Made by a program: the position numbers and the translations under genes
Source: Actinomycetota bacterium
GTDB taxonomy: Bacteria > Actinomycetota > Acidimicrobiia > Actinomarinales > Actinomarinaceae
DNA: 64,000 bases
NCBI GenBank assembly: GCA_014239265.1
Contig: JAAZZH010000005.1
Coordinates: forward strand, 1,030-65,029
Direction: 5' to 3'
Shown here: piece after piece, positions 50,659-62,505 of the stretch
Position numbering within the stretch: the stretch's first letter is position 1
Layout: each line of letters begins with the position of its first letter
Notes under the pieces: model-generated
The model's input: only the letters and a program-made list of their open reading frames with translations
What the model was told of the DNA's origin: nothing
Database searches by the model: none

Positions 50659-51210
50659 TTACGCTCCTGCTGTCACAGCAGCTTTACCTGCTTTTCTTCG
50701 AACATATTCATCTTTGTAACGAATACCTTTACCCTTATATGGCTCTGGAGGCTTAATAGCTCTTATGTTTGCAGATACCTCTCCAACTAAAGCCTTATCA
50801 ATACCAGAAACTATTATTGTATTTTGATCTGGAACTTCATATTTTATGTTTTCAACTTTTTTAAATAATACCGGATGCGAGAAACCACATAATATTTCTA
50901 AATCATTACCTTTCATTGACACTCTGTGACCAACTCCAACAAGTGTAAGTGTTTTTGAATAACCTTCTAGAACACCCTCTATGTTATTTGAGACAAGAGA
51001 TCTATACAAACCATGTAAACTTTTAACAAATTTGTCTTCACTTGTTCTTGAAAATGTAAGAATTCCATCATTTATTTCAAAAGTTATTCTGTCATCAATA
51101 ATTGTTGTTGCCAAATCTCCCTTTGGGCCTTTTACTGAAATTGTCATATCTTTTATTAATACTTCAACTTTTTCAGGTATTGTAATTGGTTTATTGCCAA
51201 TACGACTCAT
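50659..51210 (-). CDS. rplF: 50S ribosomal protein L6
   Basis: MSRIGNKPI, PEPYKGKGIRY. Confidence 0.98.
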   Translation of the reverse strand: MSRIGNKPITIPEKVEVLIKDMTISVKGPKGDLATTIIDDRITFEINDGILTFSRTSEDKFVKSLHGLYRSLVSNNIEGVLEGYSKTLTLVGVGHRVSMKGNDLEILCGFSHPVLFKKVENIKYEVPDQNTIIVSGIDKALVGEVSANIRAIKPPEPYKGKGIRYKDEYVRRKAGKAAVTAGA

Positions 51211-51605
51211 GACCATACCTCACAAATTAACTCTCCACCTAGTTTTCTTTTTCTAGCTTCTGAGTCAGTAAGTAGACCACGTGATGTGGAAACTATTACT
51301 GTACCTAAACCACCGTTGTTTCTTGGCAACTTATCAAAACTTGAATAAACTCTCTGGCCTGGCTTTGACAATCTGTTCATACCAGATATTACTGACATAC
51401 CCTCATCTGAATATTTCATATCGATATCAATGAGCTTTTCAACTCCCTCACCAGATATTTTTACATCTGACACATAACCCTCATTTTTTAAAAGCTTTGC
51501 TAATTCGAACTTAAAGTTTGAGTGGGGTATAGAGACACTAGGTTTTGAGACCATAGATGCATTTCTAAGTCTTGTAAGTAAATCGGATATTGGATCAGTG
51601 ACCAT
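51207..51605 (-). CDS. rpsH: 30S ribosomal protein S8
   Basis: DPISDLLTRLRN, SKPGQRVY, STSRG. Confidence 0.98.
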   Translation of the reverse strand: MVTDPISDLLTRLRNASMVSKPSVSIPHSNFKFELAKLLKNEGYVSDVKISGEGVEKLIDIDMKYSDEGMSVISGMNRLSKPGQRVYSSFDKLPRNNGGLGTVIVSTSRGLLTDSEARKRKLGGELICEVWS

Positions 51606-51608
51606 TTT

Positions 51609-51914
51609 TTACCACGAAGCTTTCTTTATTCCAGGAAGCTCGCCTTTGAGTGCTAAGTCTCGAAATGTATTTCTTGACATGCCAAATTTCCTGAGTGTAC
51701 CTCTTGGTCGGCCAGTTACTTGGCATCTGTTTCTATGTCTAGTTGCAGAGGCATCTCTTGGCATTTTTGCTATCTTCTTTTGAGCCTCTCTTTTTTCATC
51801 ATAAGTAGAGGCCGGATCTTTAATTATTGCTAGTAATTCTTTACGTTTTTCATTGTAAAAATTTACAGTGTCTAATCTTTTGTTGTTTTTAACTATTTTA
51901 CTTGTTTTTGCCAT
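51609..51914 (-). CDS. rpsN: 30S ribosomal protein S14, long zinc-independent form
   Basis: 101 aa; [14 protein letters not shown]; [11 protein letters not shown]; a single Cys. Confidence 0.97.
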   Translation of the reverse strand: MAKTSKIVKNNKRLDTVNFYNEKRKELLAIIKDPASTYDEKREAQKKIAKMPRDASATRHRNRCQVTGRPRGTLRKFGMSRNTFRDLALKGELPGIKKASW

Positions 51915-51917
51915 TTT

Positions 51918-52463
51918 TTAATTCTCTCTAAAAGGAAACCCTAGCGAATGTAATAATACATATCCTTTTTTATTATCGTTAGCGGTTGTACAAATTGTAA
52001 TGTTCATGCCTCGAATGTCTCTAACCTTATCGTATTCGACTTCAGGAAAGACTAACTGCTCGTTTAACCCGAGTGAGTAATTTCCATTTCCATCAAATGA
52101 TTTCTGGCTAAATCCTCTAAAGTCTCTAATCCTAGGGACTACTACTTGAATGAATCTATCATAGAATTCCCACATTCTATCTCCGCGAAGGGTTACGGCT
52201 ACCCCCACTGGCATTCCCTCTCTTACCTTAAAACCTGCTATGGATTTTTTAGCTCTTTTAATAACTGGTTTTTGACCTGAAATTGCAGTGAGCTCATCAA
52301 CAATTGACTCTAAAGTTCTACCATCTGTTGCAGCTTTACTAGATCCAATATTAAGAACAATTTTTTCAAGGGTGGGTATTTGATTTACATTCTCCAGACC
52401 TAACTCTTTTTTAATCTCTTCATTTAACCCAGTATTAAATGCTTCTTTTAACCTTGGAATCAT
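51918..52463 (-). CDS. rplE: 50S ribosomal protein L5
   Basis: GQKP, PRIRDFRG, FDGNGNY. Confidence 0.98.
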   Translation of the reverse strand: MIPRLKEAFNTGLNEEIKKELGLENVNQIPTLEKIVLNIGSSKAATDGRTLESIVDELTAISGQKPVIKRAKKSIAGFKVREGMPVGVAVTLRGDRMWEFYDRFIQVVVPRIRDFRGFSQKSFDGNGNYSLGLNEQLVFPEVEYDKVRDIRGMNITICTTANDNKKGYVLLHSLGFPFREN

Positions 52464-52762
52464 ACTTCATCTCCTGTTTGAGCTAGAACTCTATACTTTT
52501 GACCATTTTTATCAAATTTATAAGCAACCCTTCCACTCTTCTTTTTAACGACTAGGGCTACATTCGAAATGTGAACTGGCATGGTGATGTCAATTACGCC
52601 ACCTTGCATTGTTTGGCCTTGCGGTTTTTGATGTTTTTTAGCTATGTTGATGCCTTCAACAAGTACTTTATCTTTTTTAGGAAAAACTTGTAATACTTTA
52701 CCTTCTTTTCCATTATCTTTCCCAGCAATAACTTTTACTAAATCACCCTTTTTAATTTTCAT
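52460..52762 (-). CDS. rplX: 50S ribosomal protein L24
   Basis: KKGDLVKVIAGKDNGKEG, PVHISNV. Confidence 0.98.
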   Translation of the reverse strand: MKIKKGDLVKVIAGKDNGKEGKVLQVFPKKDKVLVEGINIAKKHQKPQGQTMQGGVIDITMPVHISNVALVVKKKSGRVAYKFDKNGQKYRVLAQTGDEV

Positions 52763-53130
52763 TAGATTACCTCCGGTGCTAGCGATACTATTCTCATAAA
52801 CTTTTTCTCTCTTAACTCTCTACCAACTGGTCCAAAAATTCTTGTACCTCTTGGCTGTTCTTGCTCATTAATAATTACACAAGCATTTTCATCAAACCTT
52901 ATATAGGTGCCGTCTTTCCTTCTTGTCTCTTTACTTGTCCTGACAACTACGGCTTCAACGATATCCCCTTTTTTTATTTGGCCACCTGGTATTGCATCTT
53001 TGACAGTAGCAGTGAAAACATCCCCTAGTCCTGCATACCTAATTCTAGAACTACCTTTTACTTTGATACATAACACTTCTTTTGCACCAGAGTTATCAGC
53101 AACCTTAAGACGAGATTCCTTTTGTATCAT
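52762..53130 (-). CDS. rplN: 50S ribosomal protein L14
   Basis: [16 protein letters not shown]. Confidence 0.98.
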   Translation of the reverse strand: MIQKESRLKVADNSGAKEVLCIKVKGSSRIRYAGLGDVFTATVKDAIPGGQIKKGDIVEAVVVRTSKETRRKDGTYIRFDENACVIINEQEQPRGTRIFGPVGRELREKKFMRIVSLAPEVI

Positions 53131-53393
53131 CTTGCCCTCTCAATTACTTCAGTGACTCTCCATCTTTTGGTCTTAGAGATTGGTTTTGTCTCCATAATTT
53201 TCACTGTGTCGCCCATTTTTGCTTCAAAACTTTCATCATGAACATGAAGCTTTCTAGTTTTTTTAACAATCTTTCCATATTTTGGATGAGGATACTGTAG
53301 CTCGATAGCTACGGTAACTGTATTTTGTCTTTTATCTGAGACAACTACACCAGTTTTAACTTTTCTTGACGATCTTTCTATTTGGTCACTCAT
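53127..53393 (-). CDS. rpsQ: 30S ribosomal protein S17
   Basis: [24 protein letters not shown]. Confidence 0.98.
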   Translation of the reverse strand: MSDQIERSSRKVKTGVVVSDKRQNTVTVAIELQYPHPKYGKIVKKTRKLHVHDESFEAKMGDTVKIMETKPISKTKRWRVTEVIERAR

Positions 53394-53604
53394 TATTATC
53401 AGCCTTCATCATATCTTCTCTTTTTTTTTGGTTTAAAACTGTGTTTGCTTGTGCAATTTGTTTTTTAATTTTTTTAAATATAGAAGTGTCCTCAATCTGA
53501 CTTGTTGCCAAAGAAAATCTTGATTCCATTAGTTCTTTTTTTAATTCAGATACTTTAGTCTCAAGCTCCGAAATAGACAGTTCTCTTAGGTCGTTTATGC
53601 TCAT
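53386..53604 (-). CDS. rpmC: 50S ribosomal protein L29
   Basis: LRELS...[10 protein letters not shown]; operon position. Confidence 0.93.
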   Translation of the reverse strand: MSINDLRELSISELETKVSELKKELMESRFSLATSQIEDTSIFKKIKKQIAQANTVLNQKKREDMMKADNNE

Positions 53605-54011
53605 GTGTGCCTCATAACAAATTTTGTACTTATTGGTAATTTATGTCCTGCTTTTCTAAAAGCTTCTCTTGCAACTTCCTCGGAAACACCAGAAATCTCG
53701 AACATTATTCTTCCGGGCTTAACAACAGCTACGTAGTATTCAACAGCTCCTTTTCCAGAACCCATTCTTACTTCTGCAGGTTTTGTGGTTATAGGTTTAT
53801 GAGGAAATATATTTATCCAAACTTTACCTTTTCTTTGCATGGTACGAGTAATTGTTATTCTTGCAGCTTCAATTTGACGTCCAGTAATGTAAGAAGTTTC
53901 TATAGCTTGTAAACCAAAGTCCCCAAAATGAACTTCTGTTCCACCTTTGGACATGCCTTTTCTTCTCCCTCTATGGGATTTTCTATACTTTGTTTTTTTA
54001 GGCATTAACAT
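53601..54011 (-). CDS. rplP: 50S ribosomal protein L16
   Basis: [18 protein letters not shown]. Confidence 0.98.
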   Translation of the reverse strand: MLMPKKTKYRKSHRGRRKGMSKGGTEVHFGDFGLQAIETSYITGRQIEAARITITRTMQRKGKVWINIFPHKPITTKPAEVRMGSGKGAVEYYVAVVKPGRIMFEISGVSEEVAREAFRKAGHKLPISTKFVMRHT

Positions 54012-54014
54012 AAA

Positions 54015-54905
54015 CTATTCTTCTTCCAATATTGATTTTTCTTCTTCAAATTGTTCTTGTGCTTTTACGGGAGTTATTTTTTTGCCGCCTCCAGCTTCCA
54101 CTATTTTAGAAGTTTGTTCTCCAGCTTTTTTACCGCCTCCAGCTTCAAGGATTCTTGACTCTTTTGCTTCTCCTACCGCAGCTTCGACTCTTGATTTTAC
54201 AGATTTAACTCTTCCGCTTGCTGGACCTCCACTAGCTAAAGATGCTTCCGCAGCAATTTTTTCTTGATGTAATTTATTTGTTGCCACTACATCACCTTTG
54301 TAAACCCACACTTTTACACCTATAGCTCCAACTGTTGTATGAGCTGCTGCTCTACCAAAATCTATATCTGCTCGGAGTGTGTGTAGAGGTACTCTTCCTT
54401 CACGGTACCATTCCCTTCTACCCATTTCTGCTCCACCTAAGCGACCAGAACATTCCACTCTAACTCCTTCTGCTCCCGCCTTTAATGCAGATCCTACTGC
54501 TCTTTTCATAGCTCTCCTGAAAGCAACCCTATTTTCTAACTGATCAGCTACAGCTCGAGCTAAAAGCTGAGCATCTAATTCAGCTTCCCTAACTTCAATG
54601 ATATTAAGTTTTACTGGTTGGCTTGTGAGTTCTTCAAGACCTTTTCTTAAACGATCTGCTTCAGCACCTTTTCTACCTATTACAACTCCTGGACGTGCAG
54701 TATGGATATCTACTTGAACTTTATCTCTAGTTCTTTCAATATCAATTCTTGAGAGAGCACCTTTTAAAAGCTCTGCTGTTAAAAATTCTCTAATTCTGTA
54801 ATCTTGATTTACTAGTTTCGTATAGTCTTTATCGCTAAACCATCTAGATTTCCAATCATTGACTATTCCTATCCTAAATGCATATGGATGTGTTTTTTGA
54901 CCCAT
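54015..54905 (-). CDS. rpsC: 30S ribosomal protein S3 with long C-terminal tail
   Basis: [25 protein letters not shown]. Confidence 0.98.
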   Translation of the reverse strand: MGQKTHPYAFRIGIVNDWKSRWFSDKDYTKLVNQDYRIREFLTAELLKGALSRIDIERTRDKVQVDIHTARPGVVIGRKGAEADRLRKGLEELTSQPVKLNIIEVREAELDAQLLARAVADQLENRVAFRRAMKRAVGSALKAGAEGVRVECSGRLGGAEMGRREWYREGRVPLHTLRADIDFGRAAAHTTVGAIGVKVWVYKGDVVATNKLHQEKIAAEASLASGGPASGRVKSVKSRVEAAVGEAKESRILEAGGGKKAGEQTSKIVEAGGGKKITPVKAQEQFEEEKSILEEE

Positions 54906-54907
54906 CG

Positions 54908-55255
54908 TTATCCCTCTACACTTTCTAATTCAATTAATATGTGGGAAGTTCTTTTATTAATTCTTCCAGCACTTCCTCTAGCTCTAGGTCTAAATCTTTT
55001 TAAAGTTGGCCCTTCATCTGCAATGGCTTTTGTAATTTCTAGATTTGCGGATGACATGCCAAAATTATTTTCAGCATTAGCAATTGCGCTTTCTAAGAGC
55101 TGTTTAATATCTGTTGCGGCTTTTCTTTTTGTAAAAGTCAATATGTTGAGTGCTTCATTAACATTCAATCCTCTTATGAGATTCAAAACTAATCTCACTT
55201 TGTATGGAGATTGTCTAATATACTTACTTTTTGCTGTAACTGTTTGTTTTTCCAT
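54908..55255 (-). CDS. rplV: 50S ribosomal protein L22
   Basis: [22 protein letters not shown]. Confidence 0.98.
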   Translation of the reverse strand: MEKQTVTAKSKYIRQSPYKVRLVLNLIRGLNVNEALNILTFTKRKAATDIKQLLESAIANAENNFGMSSANLEITKAIADEGPTLKRFRPRARGSAGRINKRTSHILIELESVEG

Positions 55256-55518
55256 TAGTTTTGTCCCGGATGACCTTTAAAGGTACGTGTTGGAGAAAAC
55301 TCTCCAAGTTTGTGACCAACCATTGCCTCAGTAATAAATATAGGAAGGTGTTGCCTTCCATTATGGACTGCTATTGTCAATCCAACCATTTCAGGAACTA
55401 CTGTTGACCTTCTACTCCAAGTCTTGATTACTGTTTTGTTACCACTATTTTTTGCATCCTCTACTTTTGAAAGTAAATGATCGTCAACAAATGGCCCTTT
55501 TCTCAAACTTCTTGACAT
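55255..55518 (-). CDS. rpsS: 30S ribosomal protein S19
   Basis: [22 protein letters not shown]. Confidence 0.98.
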   Translation of the reverse strand: MSRSLRKGPFVDDHLLSKVEDAKNSGNKTVIKTWSRRSTVVPEMVGLTIAVHNGRQHLPIFITEAMVGHKLGEFSPTRTFKGHPGQN

Positions 55519-55520
55519 AA

Positions 55521-56354
55521 TTAACCTCTACCCTTTTGGGATCGTCCTCTAATAATTGATTTGTTACTATATTTCTTTTTATTTCTAGTCTTTTTCTCTG
55601 GCTTACCCCAAGGGCTCACAGGAGTTCTACCTCCAGATGATTTACCTTCTCCACCACCAAGTGGGTGATCAACTGGGTTCATTGCAACACCTCGAGTTTG
55701 GGGTCTAACACCCTTCCATCTTTTACGTCCTGCTTTTCCAAGTTTTGTTAATTCTGCTTCAGCATTACCTACAGTTCCAATTGTTGCCCTGCAATCCATG
55801 GAAACAGTTCTCATTTCGCCAGAAGGTAGTCTTAAAAGTGCTAATCCTCCCTCTTTGCTCATAAGCTGTACAGATGAACCTGCTGATCTTGCCATTTTTG
55901 CGCCACCTGCGGGTCTTAGTTCGACATTATGGACAAATGTTCCTGCTGGAATATTTCTAAGTGGAAGACAATTACCATCTTTTATGTCAGCTTTTGGACC
56001 TGAAATTATTTCTGCTCCAGGAAGAATTCCATCTGGTGCAATAATGTATGCTTTTTCTCCATCAACATAGTGAAGAAGAGCTATACGGGCATTTCTATTT
56101 GGATCATATTCAATCGCTGCTACTTTTGCAGGTATATTATCTTTTGTTCGCTTGAAATCTATAATTCTGTATTTTCTTTTGTGCCCTCCACCACGATGCC
56201 TCGAGGTAATTCTACCTTTATTATTTCTACCACCGGATGAATTTTTAGATTGAAGTAATGACTTTTCTGGTTTACTTTTTGTAATTTCTTTAAAGTCTCC
56301 CGATACTTGTCCTCTCATTCCAGGTGTTACTGGTCTAATTTTCTTTTGACCCAT
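55521..56354 (-). CDS. rplB: 50S ribosomal protein L2
   Basis: GGGHKR, EYDPNR, MNPVDHP. Confidence 0.99.
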   Translation of the reverse strand: MGQKKIRPVTPGMRGQVSGDFKEITKSKPEKSLLQSKNSSGGRNNKGRITSRHRGGGHKRKYRIIDFKRTKDNIPAKVAAIEYDPNRNARIALLHYVDGEKAYIIAPDGILPGAEIISGPKADIKDGNCLPLRNIPAGTFVHNVELRPAGGAKMARSAGSSVQLMSKEGGLALLRLPSGEMRTVSMDCRATIGTVGNAEAELTKLGKAGRKRWKGVRPQTRGVAMNPVDHPLGGGEGKSSGGRTPVSPWGKPEKKTRNKKKYSNKSIIRGRSQKGRG

Positions 56355-56357
56355 AAC

Positions 56358-56645
56358 CTATACCCCAAATGCCTCAATAGTATCTCCCTCTTGAAGGGTG
56401 ATTATTGCAATCTTCTTTGTACTTTGTTGACCTAAGATATAGCCAAATCTTTTTTTCTTGCCTTTTCTATACATTGTATTAACTGACAACACTTCGACAT
56501 CAAATAGCTCTTGGGCAGCTCTTTTTATTTCAGGCTTATTAGCATCTGAATGAACAAAAAAAGTGTAAGCATTAGAATCTGAAATTCTGTCATATGACTT
56601 TTCAGATATTACAGGCGAAATTAGTACATCTTCTAAATACTTCAT
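56358..56645 (-). CDS. rplW: 50S ribosomal protein L23
   Basis: PVISEKS, ANKPEIK, SVNT. Confidence 0.97.
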   Translation of the reverse strand: MKYLEDVLISPVISEKSYDRISDSNAYTFFVHSDANKPEIKRAAQELFDVEVLSVNTMYRKGKKKRFGYILGQQSTKKIAIITLQEGDTIEAFGV

Positions 56646-57265
56646 TTAACTTCTCCTGTTAAGTAATCCATTGCGTTTTTTGATAGAACTGTATTATCTG
56701 TTGAGACGACGTCATAAGTAGAAAGTTTTTTTACAGAAACTATTCTTGAGTTTTCTAGGTTCCTAAATGATTTTATTAAATTGTCATCACCTTCGCCGTA
56801 AACAAATATAAATGACCGTTTTATATTAAATTCACTTAATACTGTAGAAGCTAACTTTGTAGAGGGTACGTCTACCGATTGACCATCAATGACAAATAAA
56901 GCTTCCTCTTTTATCCTTTGAGAAATTGCCATATTTAATGATTTCTTTTTCATTTTTTTTGGAGTTCTGTCAAGGTACACTCTTCCACCTGGACCATGTG
57001 CAATACCTCCACCAACAAACTGTGGCGAACGTAAAGAACCCTGTCTTGCTCTACCTGTTCCTTTTTGTGCCCAAGGTTTTGCACCTGTTCCTGAAACTTG
57101 TGATCTTGTTTTCACAGAAGCTGTGTTATTTCTATAATTTGTTCTATTTGATTTTACAACTTGATGTAAGAGTCCAATATTGATATCCTCAATTACTTCA
57201 AAATTAAATTGACTCTTAGTGACTTTATTGTCAGCTGTATTATAAGTTTCTAGTTTGATACTCAT
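56642..57265 (-). CDS. rplD: 50S ribosomal protein L4
   Basis: KPWAQKGTGRARQGS, GGGIAHGP. Confidence 0.98.
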   Translation of the reverse strand: MSIKLETYNTADNKVTKSQFNFEVIEDINIGLLHQVVKSNRTNYRNNTASVKTRSQVSGTGAKPWAQKGTGRARQGSLRSPQFVGGGIAHGPGGRVYLDRTPKKMKKKSLNMAISQRIKEEALFVIDGQSVDVPSTKLASTVLSEFNIKRSFIFVYGEGDDNLIKSFRNLENSRIVSVKKLSTYDVVSTDNTVLSKNAMDYLTGEVK

Positions 57266-57894
57266 TATGAAACCTTAACTGCTGACTGAATTTGGACTAT
57301 ATTTCCTTTTTTACCCGGAACTGGTCCATTAACTAAAATATAGTTTTTTTCTGCATTGATTTCAACAATAGTTACAGATTGGATAGTCTTTTTTTGGTTA
57401 CCCATTCTACCAGCCATTTTTTGACCTTTGAAAACATGTCCTGGGTATGAGGCATTACCAATTGAACCCCCGGCTCTATGCACCTTATGAACACCATGAC
57501 TAGCTTTTTGTCCGGAAAAGTTATGACGTTTCATTACACCTGTAAAGCCGTGGCCTTTTGAAAATCCTGTTATATCAATTTTTTGTCCTACTTCAAAATA
57601 CTCGCTTACATTTAATTCTGTTCCAGATTTAATTTTAGAATCTTCATCAAGAGGAACTTCATAAAGACATTCTCCTGGTTCGACTTTGTATTTGTCGTAA
57701 TGTTGTTTAGTTGGTCTGTTGGCTTTTTTGTTAGACCCTATTGTTAGCTGAGCTGCAGAGTAACCATCTTTTTCAGCTGATTTAATCTGTACTACTCTAC
57801 ACCCTGAAATGTCTAATACTGTTACACCTTTTGCATTTGACTCTTCATCAAATATTTGAGTCATACCTACTTTTTTAGCGATTAATGTTTTCAT
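57265..57894 (-). CDS. rplC: 50S ribosomal protein L3
   Basis: [23 protein letters not shown]. Confidence 0.98.
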   Translation of the reverse strand: MKTLIAKKVGMTQIFDEESNAKGVTVLDISGCRVVQIKSAEKDGYSAAQLTIGSNKKANRPTKQHYDKYKVEPGECLYEVPLDEDSKIKSGTELNVSEYFEVGQKIDITGFSKGHGFTGVMKRHNFSGQKASHGVHKVHRAGGSIGNASYPGHVFKGQKMAGRMGNQKKTIQSVTIVEINAEKNYILVNGPVPGKKGNIVQIQSAVKVS

Positions 57895-58205
57895 AACTTA
57901 ATCTCTACTTCTACACCGGCCGGTAAATCAAGTCTCATTAATGAATCTACAGTTTTTGGAGTAGGTTCAATAATGTCAATAAGTCTCTTATGAATCCTCA
58001 TTTCAAAATGTTCTCTTGATTTTTTAAAAACATGTGGTGATCTTATTACACAATATCTGTGTATTTGAGTAGGTAGAGGAATTGGACCCTTTACTTTTGC
58101 TTGAGTCTTAATAACAGTTTCTGCAATTTTACGTGCAGACTCATCAACAACGTAGTTGTCATAAGCCTTTAATTTTATTCTTATTTGCTGTTGTTGCTTT
58201 GCCAT
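57891..58205 (-). CDS. rpsJ: 30S ribosomal protein S10
   Basis: [24 protein letters not shown]; ATG 58205 with GAGG RBS. Confidence 0.98.
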   Translation of the reverse strand: MAKQQQQIRIKLKAYDNYVVDESARKIAETVIKTQAKVKGPIPLPTQIHRYCVIRSPHVFKKSREHFEMRIHKRLIDIIEPTPKTVDSLMRLDLPAGVEVEIKL

Positions 58206-58214
58206 TTCTTCCTC

Positions 58215-58249
58215 AAAAAAAACCGGGAGCAAGTAGTCTACCCCCGGTT
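58215..58249 (-). terminator. Intrinsic terminator between tuf and rpsJ
   Basis: AACCGGGGGTAG-ACTA-CTTGCTCCCGG followed by T8. Confidence 0.8.
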
Positions 58250-58257
58250 GATTTTTA

Positions 58258-59442
58258 TTACTCTATAACTTTTGTTACTTGTCCTGCTCCTACAGTTCTG
58301 CCACCTTCACGGATAGCAAACTTCACTCCTTCTTCCATCGCAATTGGGGAGATTAGTTCAACTGTTACGGAGACGTTGTCACCAGGCATTACCATTTCGG
58401 TACCCTCTGGGAGACTAACTTCACCGGTTACATCAGTAGTTCTAAAATAGAACTGCGGTCTGTATCCTTTGAAAAATGGATTGTGACGTCCACCTTCTTC
58501 TTTTGTCAAGACGTATACTTCACCCTCAAATTTTGTATGAGGTGTAATTGAACCTGGTTTTGCGATAACCTGTCCTCTTTCAACATCTTCTTTATCGATA
58601 CCTCTTAAAAGTAGACCAACGTTATCTCCAGCTCTACCTTCATCAAGTAGTTTTCTGAACATTTCAACACCAGTACACACTGATTTTTGAGTATCTCTAA
58701 TACCAATAATTTCAACTTCTTCGTTTACATTAACGATTCCTTGTTCGATTCTTCCAGTAACAACTGTACCTCGACCTGTAATAGAGAATACGTCCTCTAC
58801 AGGCATTAGGAATGGTTTATCAACGATTCTTGTTGGTTCCTCGATATAATTATCAACTTGCTCCATCATTTCTAAGACAGCTTTCACACCAGCTTCATCA
58901 CCCTCAAGTGCTGCTAATGCTGAACCTCTGACTACTGGAACGTCGTCTCCAGGAAAATCATATGCTGAAAGAAGTTCTCTTACTTCCATTTCAACTAGGT
59001 CAAGAAGTTCCTCGTCATCAACTTGATCAACTTTATTAAGGAATACTGCTATTGCTGGTACTCCAACTTGTCTTGCCAAAAGAACATGTTCTCTTGTCTG
59101 AGGCATTGGACCATCAGCTGCTGATACAACTAATATTGCACCATCAACTTGTGCTGCACCTGTAATCATATTTTTTACATAGTCAGCGTGACCAGGCATG
59201 TCCACATGAGCATAATGTCTATTCTCAGTCTCATACTCTACGTGAGCAATCTGAATTGTGATTCCTCTTTCCCTCTCTTCAGGGGCTTTATCTATATCTT
59301 CAAAAGCTGTCGCGTCACCATCACCGGCTTCAGCTAAAACTTTTGTTATTGCGGCCGTCAATGTGGTTTTACCATGGTCAATGTGGCCCATTGTACCGAT
59401 GTTCACATGAGGCTTGCTGCGGTCAAATTTTTCCTTTGACAT
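58258..59442 (-). CDS. tuf: Elongation factor Tu
   Basis: [29 protein letters not shown]. Confidence 0.99.
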   Translation of the reverse strand: MSKEKFDRSKPHVNIGTMGHIDHGKTTLTAAITKVLAEAGDGDATAFEDIDKAPEERERGITIQIAHVEYETENRHYAHVDMPGHADYVKNMITGAAQVDGAILVVSAADGPMPQTREHVLLARQVGVPAIAVFLNKVDQVDDEELLDLVEMEVRELLSAYDFPGDDVPVVRGSALAALEGDEAGVKAVLEMMEQVDNYIEEPTRIVDKPFLMPVEDVFSITGRGTVVTGRIEQGIVNVNEEVEIIGIRDTQKSVCTGVEMFRKLLDEGRAGDNVGLLLRGIDKEDVERGQVIAKPGSITPHTKFEGEVYVLTKEEGGRHNPFFKGYRPQFYFRTTDVTGEVSLPEGTEMVMPGDNVSVTVELISPIAMEEGVKFAIREGGRTVGAGQVTKVIE

Positions 59443-59483
59443 ATTTTTCTCCTTTTTTAAAAAACCTTAGCTTGAAAACAAGC

Positions 59484-61574
59484 TTAGACTTCAACCTCTA
59501 CTCCACGAATACTCGCAGTTATCTCCTTAGTTATTGCGTCGGGGACGTCTTCATAACTATCAAACTGCATCGTAAATGTTGCACGGCCTTGAGTTCTTGA
59601 ACGCAAATCAGTTGCGTACCCAAACATCTCTGAAAGTGGAACAGTAGCGTTGATGACCTTTGCAGATCCTCTTTGTCCCATCTCAGCAATCTTTCCTCTT
59701 CTTGAGGATAGATCTCCGACAACATCTCCCATAAAATCTTCTGGTGTCACTACTTCTACTTCCATAACTGGTTCAAGTAGTTTAATTCCAGCTTTTTTAG
59801 CCCCATCTTTTAGAGCCATCGATCCAGCAATTTTAAATGCCATTTCCGAAGAGTCAACATCATGGTAGCTTCCATCAATTAATGTTGCTTTAATATTTTC
59901 AAGTGGATAACCAGCTAAAACTCCAGATTCCATTGCTGCTTCAACCCCAGCATTTACAGATGGTATATACTCTCTTGGAATCCTTCCACTCTTAATTAGG
60001 TCTACAAATTCGTAACCTTCTTTTATCGGCTCAAGTTCCATAACTACGTGGCCATACTGACCTCTACCACCACTTTGGCGAATGTATTTTGCTTCTATCT
60101 TTACTTCTTTTTTAAGAGCCTCACGATATGCAACTTGTGGCTTGCCAATGTTAGCTTCTACTCTAAATTCTCTTTTTAATCTATCTACAAGAATATCTAA
60201 GTGTAATTCACCCATTCCTGAAATAATTGTTTGACCAGTTTCTTCATCAGACTGGACTACAAATGTAGGATCTTCTTCTGCAAGTTTTTGTAATCCCTCA
60301 GAAAGTTTTTCTTCATCAACTCTAGATTTTGGTTCAATTGCAACAGAAATTACTGGTTCTGGAAATGTCATCGACTCCAGCTGTATTGGATTTGAAGAGT
60401 CAGCAAGTGTATCTCCTGTTTTAGCATTTTTAAGTCCCACTCCTGCGACAATATCTCCAGTCGAAATAGCATCGATATCTTCTCTACTATTTGAATGCAT
60501 TCTTAAAATTCTTCCAAGTCTTTCATCTTTGCCTGTAGTTGTATTTACAACTTTGTCACCTTTTTTAAGTGTCCCTGAATAAACCCTAAAGTAGGTTAAT
60601 TTTCCAACATGAGGGTCACTTACAACCTTAAAAGCAAGAGCAGAAAATGGTTCTTCATCAGAGTGTTCTCTAACTATTTCATTCTCTTCATCTCCCGGTT
60701 TAAAACCAGTTGTAGGTTCAATGTCAAGTGGAGATGGAAGGTAATCTATTACAGCATTAAGAAGTAACTGTACACCTTTATTTTTAAATGCACTTCCAGC
60801 AAGAACTGGGACAAAGAGACCTTCTAGTGTACCTTTTCTAATAGCTTTCTTGATTTCTTCTACGGTTAGCTCTTCCTCGCCTAAATATTTTTCAAGAACT
60901 TCATCATCTGCCTCAGCAATAACGTCTAATAATTCTTGTCTTTTTTCATTTGCCTCATCGAGCATATCTTCAGCAATATCACTTATATCCCACTCAGATC
61001 CGTCATCTTTAGACCAAGTATGTGATTTCATTTCCACTAAATCGACTACACCAACAAAATTTTCTTCAGCTCCAATAGGAATATGTAAAACTGCTGGTTT
61101 AGCTTCTAGTCTTTCAACGATAGATTGCACGTCAAAATCAAAGTCTGCACCTGTTCTATCTAGTTTATTAACAAAGCAAATTCTTGGAACGTTGTATTTG
61201 TCTGCTTGTCTCCATACTGTTTCAGATTGAGGCTCTACCCCAGCTACTCCATCAAATACTGCAACTGCTCCATCTAAAACTCTAAGTGATCTTTCTACCT
61301 CTACTGTGAAGTCAACGTGACCTGGTGTGTCAATAATATTAATTGTGTGACCTTCCCACTCACATGTGGTTGCAGCCGAGGTGATTGTAATGCCTCTTTC
61401 CTGCTCTTGCTCCATCCAGTCCATAACCGCAGCTCCGTCATGAACTTCACCAATCTTGTATGTTTTACCGGTGTAGTACAAGACTCTTTCAGTAAGAGTT
61501 GTTTTTCCTGCATCAATATGAGCCATTATTCCAATGTTTCTAAGTTGTTTTAAATCTATAGCTCTTTCTGACAT
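59484..61574 (-). CDS. fusA: Elongation factor G
   Basis: [32 protein letters not shown]. Confidence 0.99.
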   Translation of the reverse strand: MSERAIDLKQLRNIGIMAHIDAGKTTLTERVLYYTGKTYKIGEVHDGAAVMDWMEQEQERGITITSAATTCEWEGHTINIIDTPGHVDFTVEVERSLRVLDGAVAVFDGVAGVEPQSETVWRQADKYNVPRICFVNKLDRTGADFDFDVQSIVERLEAKPAVLHIPIGAEENFVGVVDLVEMKSHTWSKDDGSEWDISDIAEDMLDEANEKRQELLDVIAEADDEVLEKYLGEEELTVEEIKKAIRKGTLEGLFVPVLAGSAFKNKGVQLLLNAVIDYLPSPLDIEPTTGFKPGDEENEIVREHSDEEPFSALAFKVVSDPHVGKLTYFRVYSGTLKKGDKVVNTTTGKDERLGRILRMHSNSREDIDAISTGDIVAGVGLKNAKTGDTLADSSNPIQLESMTFPEPVISVAIEPKSRVDEEKLSEGLQKLAEEDPTFVVQSDEETGQTIISGMGELHLDILVDRLKREFRVEANIGKPQVAYREALKKEVKIEAKYIRQSGGRGQYGHVVMELEPIKEGYEFVDLIKSGRIPREYIPSVNAGVEAAMESGVLAGYPLENIKATLIDGSYHDVDSSEMAFKIAGSMALKDGAKKAGIKLLEPVMEVEVVTPEDFMGDVVGDLSSRRGKIAEMGQRGSAKVINATVPLSEMFGYATDLRSRTQGRATFTMQFDSYEDVPDAITKEITASIRGVEVEV

Positions 61575-61576
61575 CT

Positions 61577-62044
61577 TTACCACCTATAGTGAGCAAAAGC
61601 TCTATTTGATTCGGCCATTTTGTGAACATCTTCCCTTTTCTTGACGGATGCTCCTGTATTTTTACTTGCATCAAGAATTTCTCTGCCTAAACGTTCAGCC
61701 ATTGTTTTTTCTCCTCTTTTTCTTGAGGCTGCAACCATCCACCTGATTGCTAGTGTTGTACTTCTTCTATGTGGGACTTCCATTGGTACCTGATAGTTAG
61801 TTCCACCAACTCGTCTTGATTTTGTTTCAACTTGGGGTTTTACGTTTTCAAAAGCTTCTTTTAATACGGCTAGTGGATCTCCTCCAACTTGTTTTTCAAC
61901 TAACTCAAGAGCACTGTAGACAATGTTCCTAGCTGTATCTTTTCTTCCATCTAATAAAATTTGATTCGTGAGTTGAGATACCAAAACACTGTTGAATAAA
62001 GGGTCAGGTTCTGGTTTACGTTTAAGTGATGGTCCTCTTCTCAT
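61577..62044 (-). CDS. rpsG: 30S ribosomal protein S7
   Basis: [23 protein letters not shown]. Confidence 0.98.
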   Translation of the reverse strand: MRRGPSLKRKPEPDPLFNSVLVSQLTNQILLDGRKDTARNIVYSALELVEKQVGGDPLAVLKEAFENVKPQVETKSRRVGGTNYQVPMEVPHRRSTTLAIRWMVAASRKRGEKTMAERLGREILDASKNTGASVKKREDVHKMAESNRAFAHYRW

Positions 62045-62046
62045 GA

Positions 62047-62415
62047 TTAACCTTTTTTACTTCCATATCTTGATCTAGCTTGTTTTCTATCAGTCACACC
62101 GGAAGTATCTAATGCTCCTCTTATGACTTTATACCTCACGCCAGGAAGGTCTTTAACTCTACCACCTCTTACTAATACAATTGAATGCTCTTGAAGGTTA
62201 TGTCCTTCACCAGGTATGTATGCGGTAACTTCTGTACCAGTAGATAATCTAACTCTACAAACTTTTCTTAAAGCAGAGTTTGGTTTCTTAGGTGTAACTG
62301 TATACACACGAGTACAAACCCCTCTTCGTTGAGGTGAACCTTTTAGGCCAGGTGTCTTTTCTTTAGACACTTTAGACTTGCGTCCTTTTCTGACTAACTG
62401 TTGCGTAGTAGGCAT
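62047..62415 (-). CDS. rpsL: 30S ribosomal protein S12
   Basis: [20 protein letters not shown]. Confidence 0.99.
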   Translation of the reverse strand: MPTTQQLVRKGRKSKVSKEKTPGLKGSPQRRGVCTRVYTVTPKKPNSALRKVCRVRLSTGTEVTAYIPGEGHNLQEHSIVLVRGGRVKDLPGVRYKVIRGALDTSGVTDRKQARSRYGSKKG

Positions 62416-62505
62416 TAATTTTCCAATCTAAATAGTGTTATTGACTTACCGAGAAAGAAGTATATGAGAGTTTTGAACTTACAACAACCAAAAATTTATA
62501 AGTTT

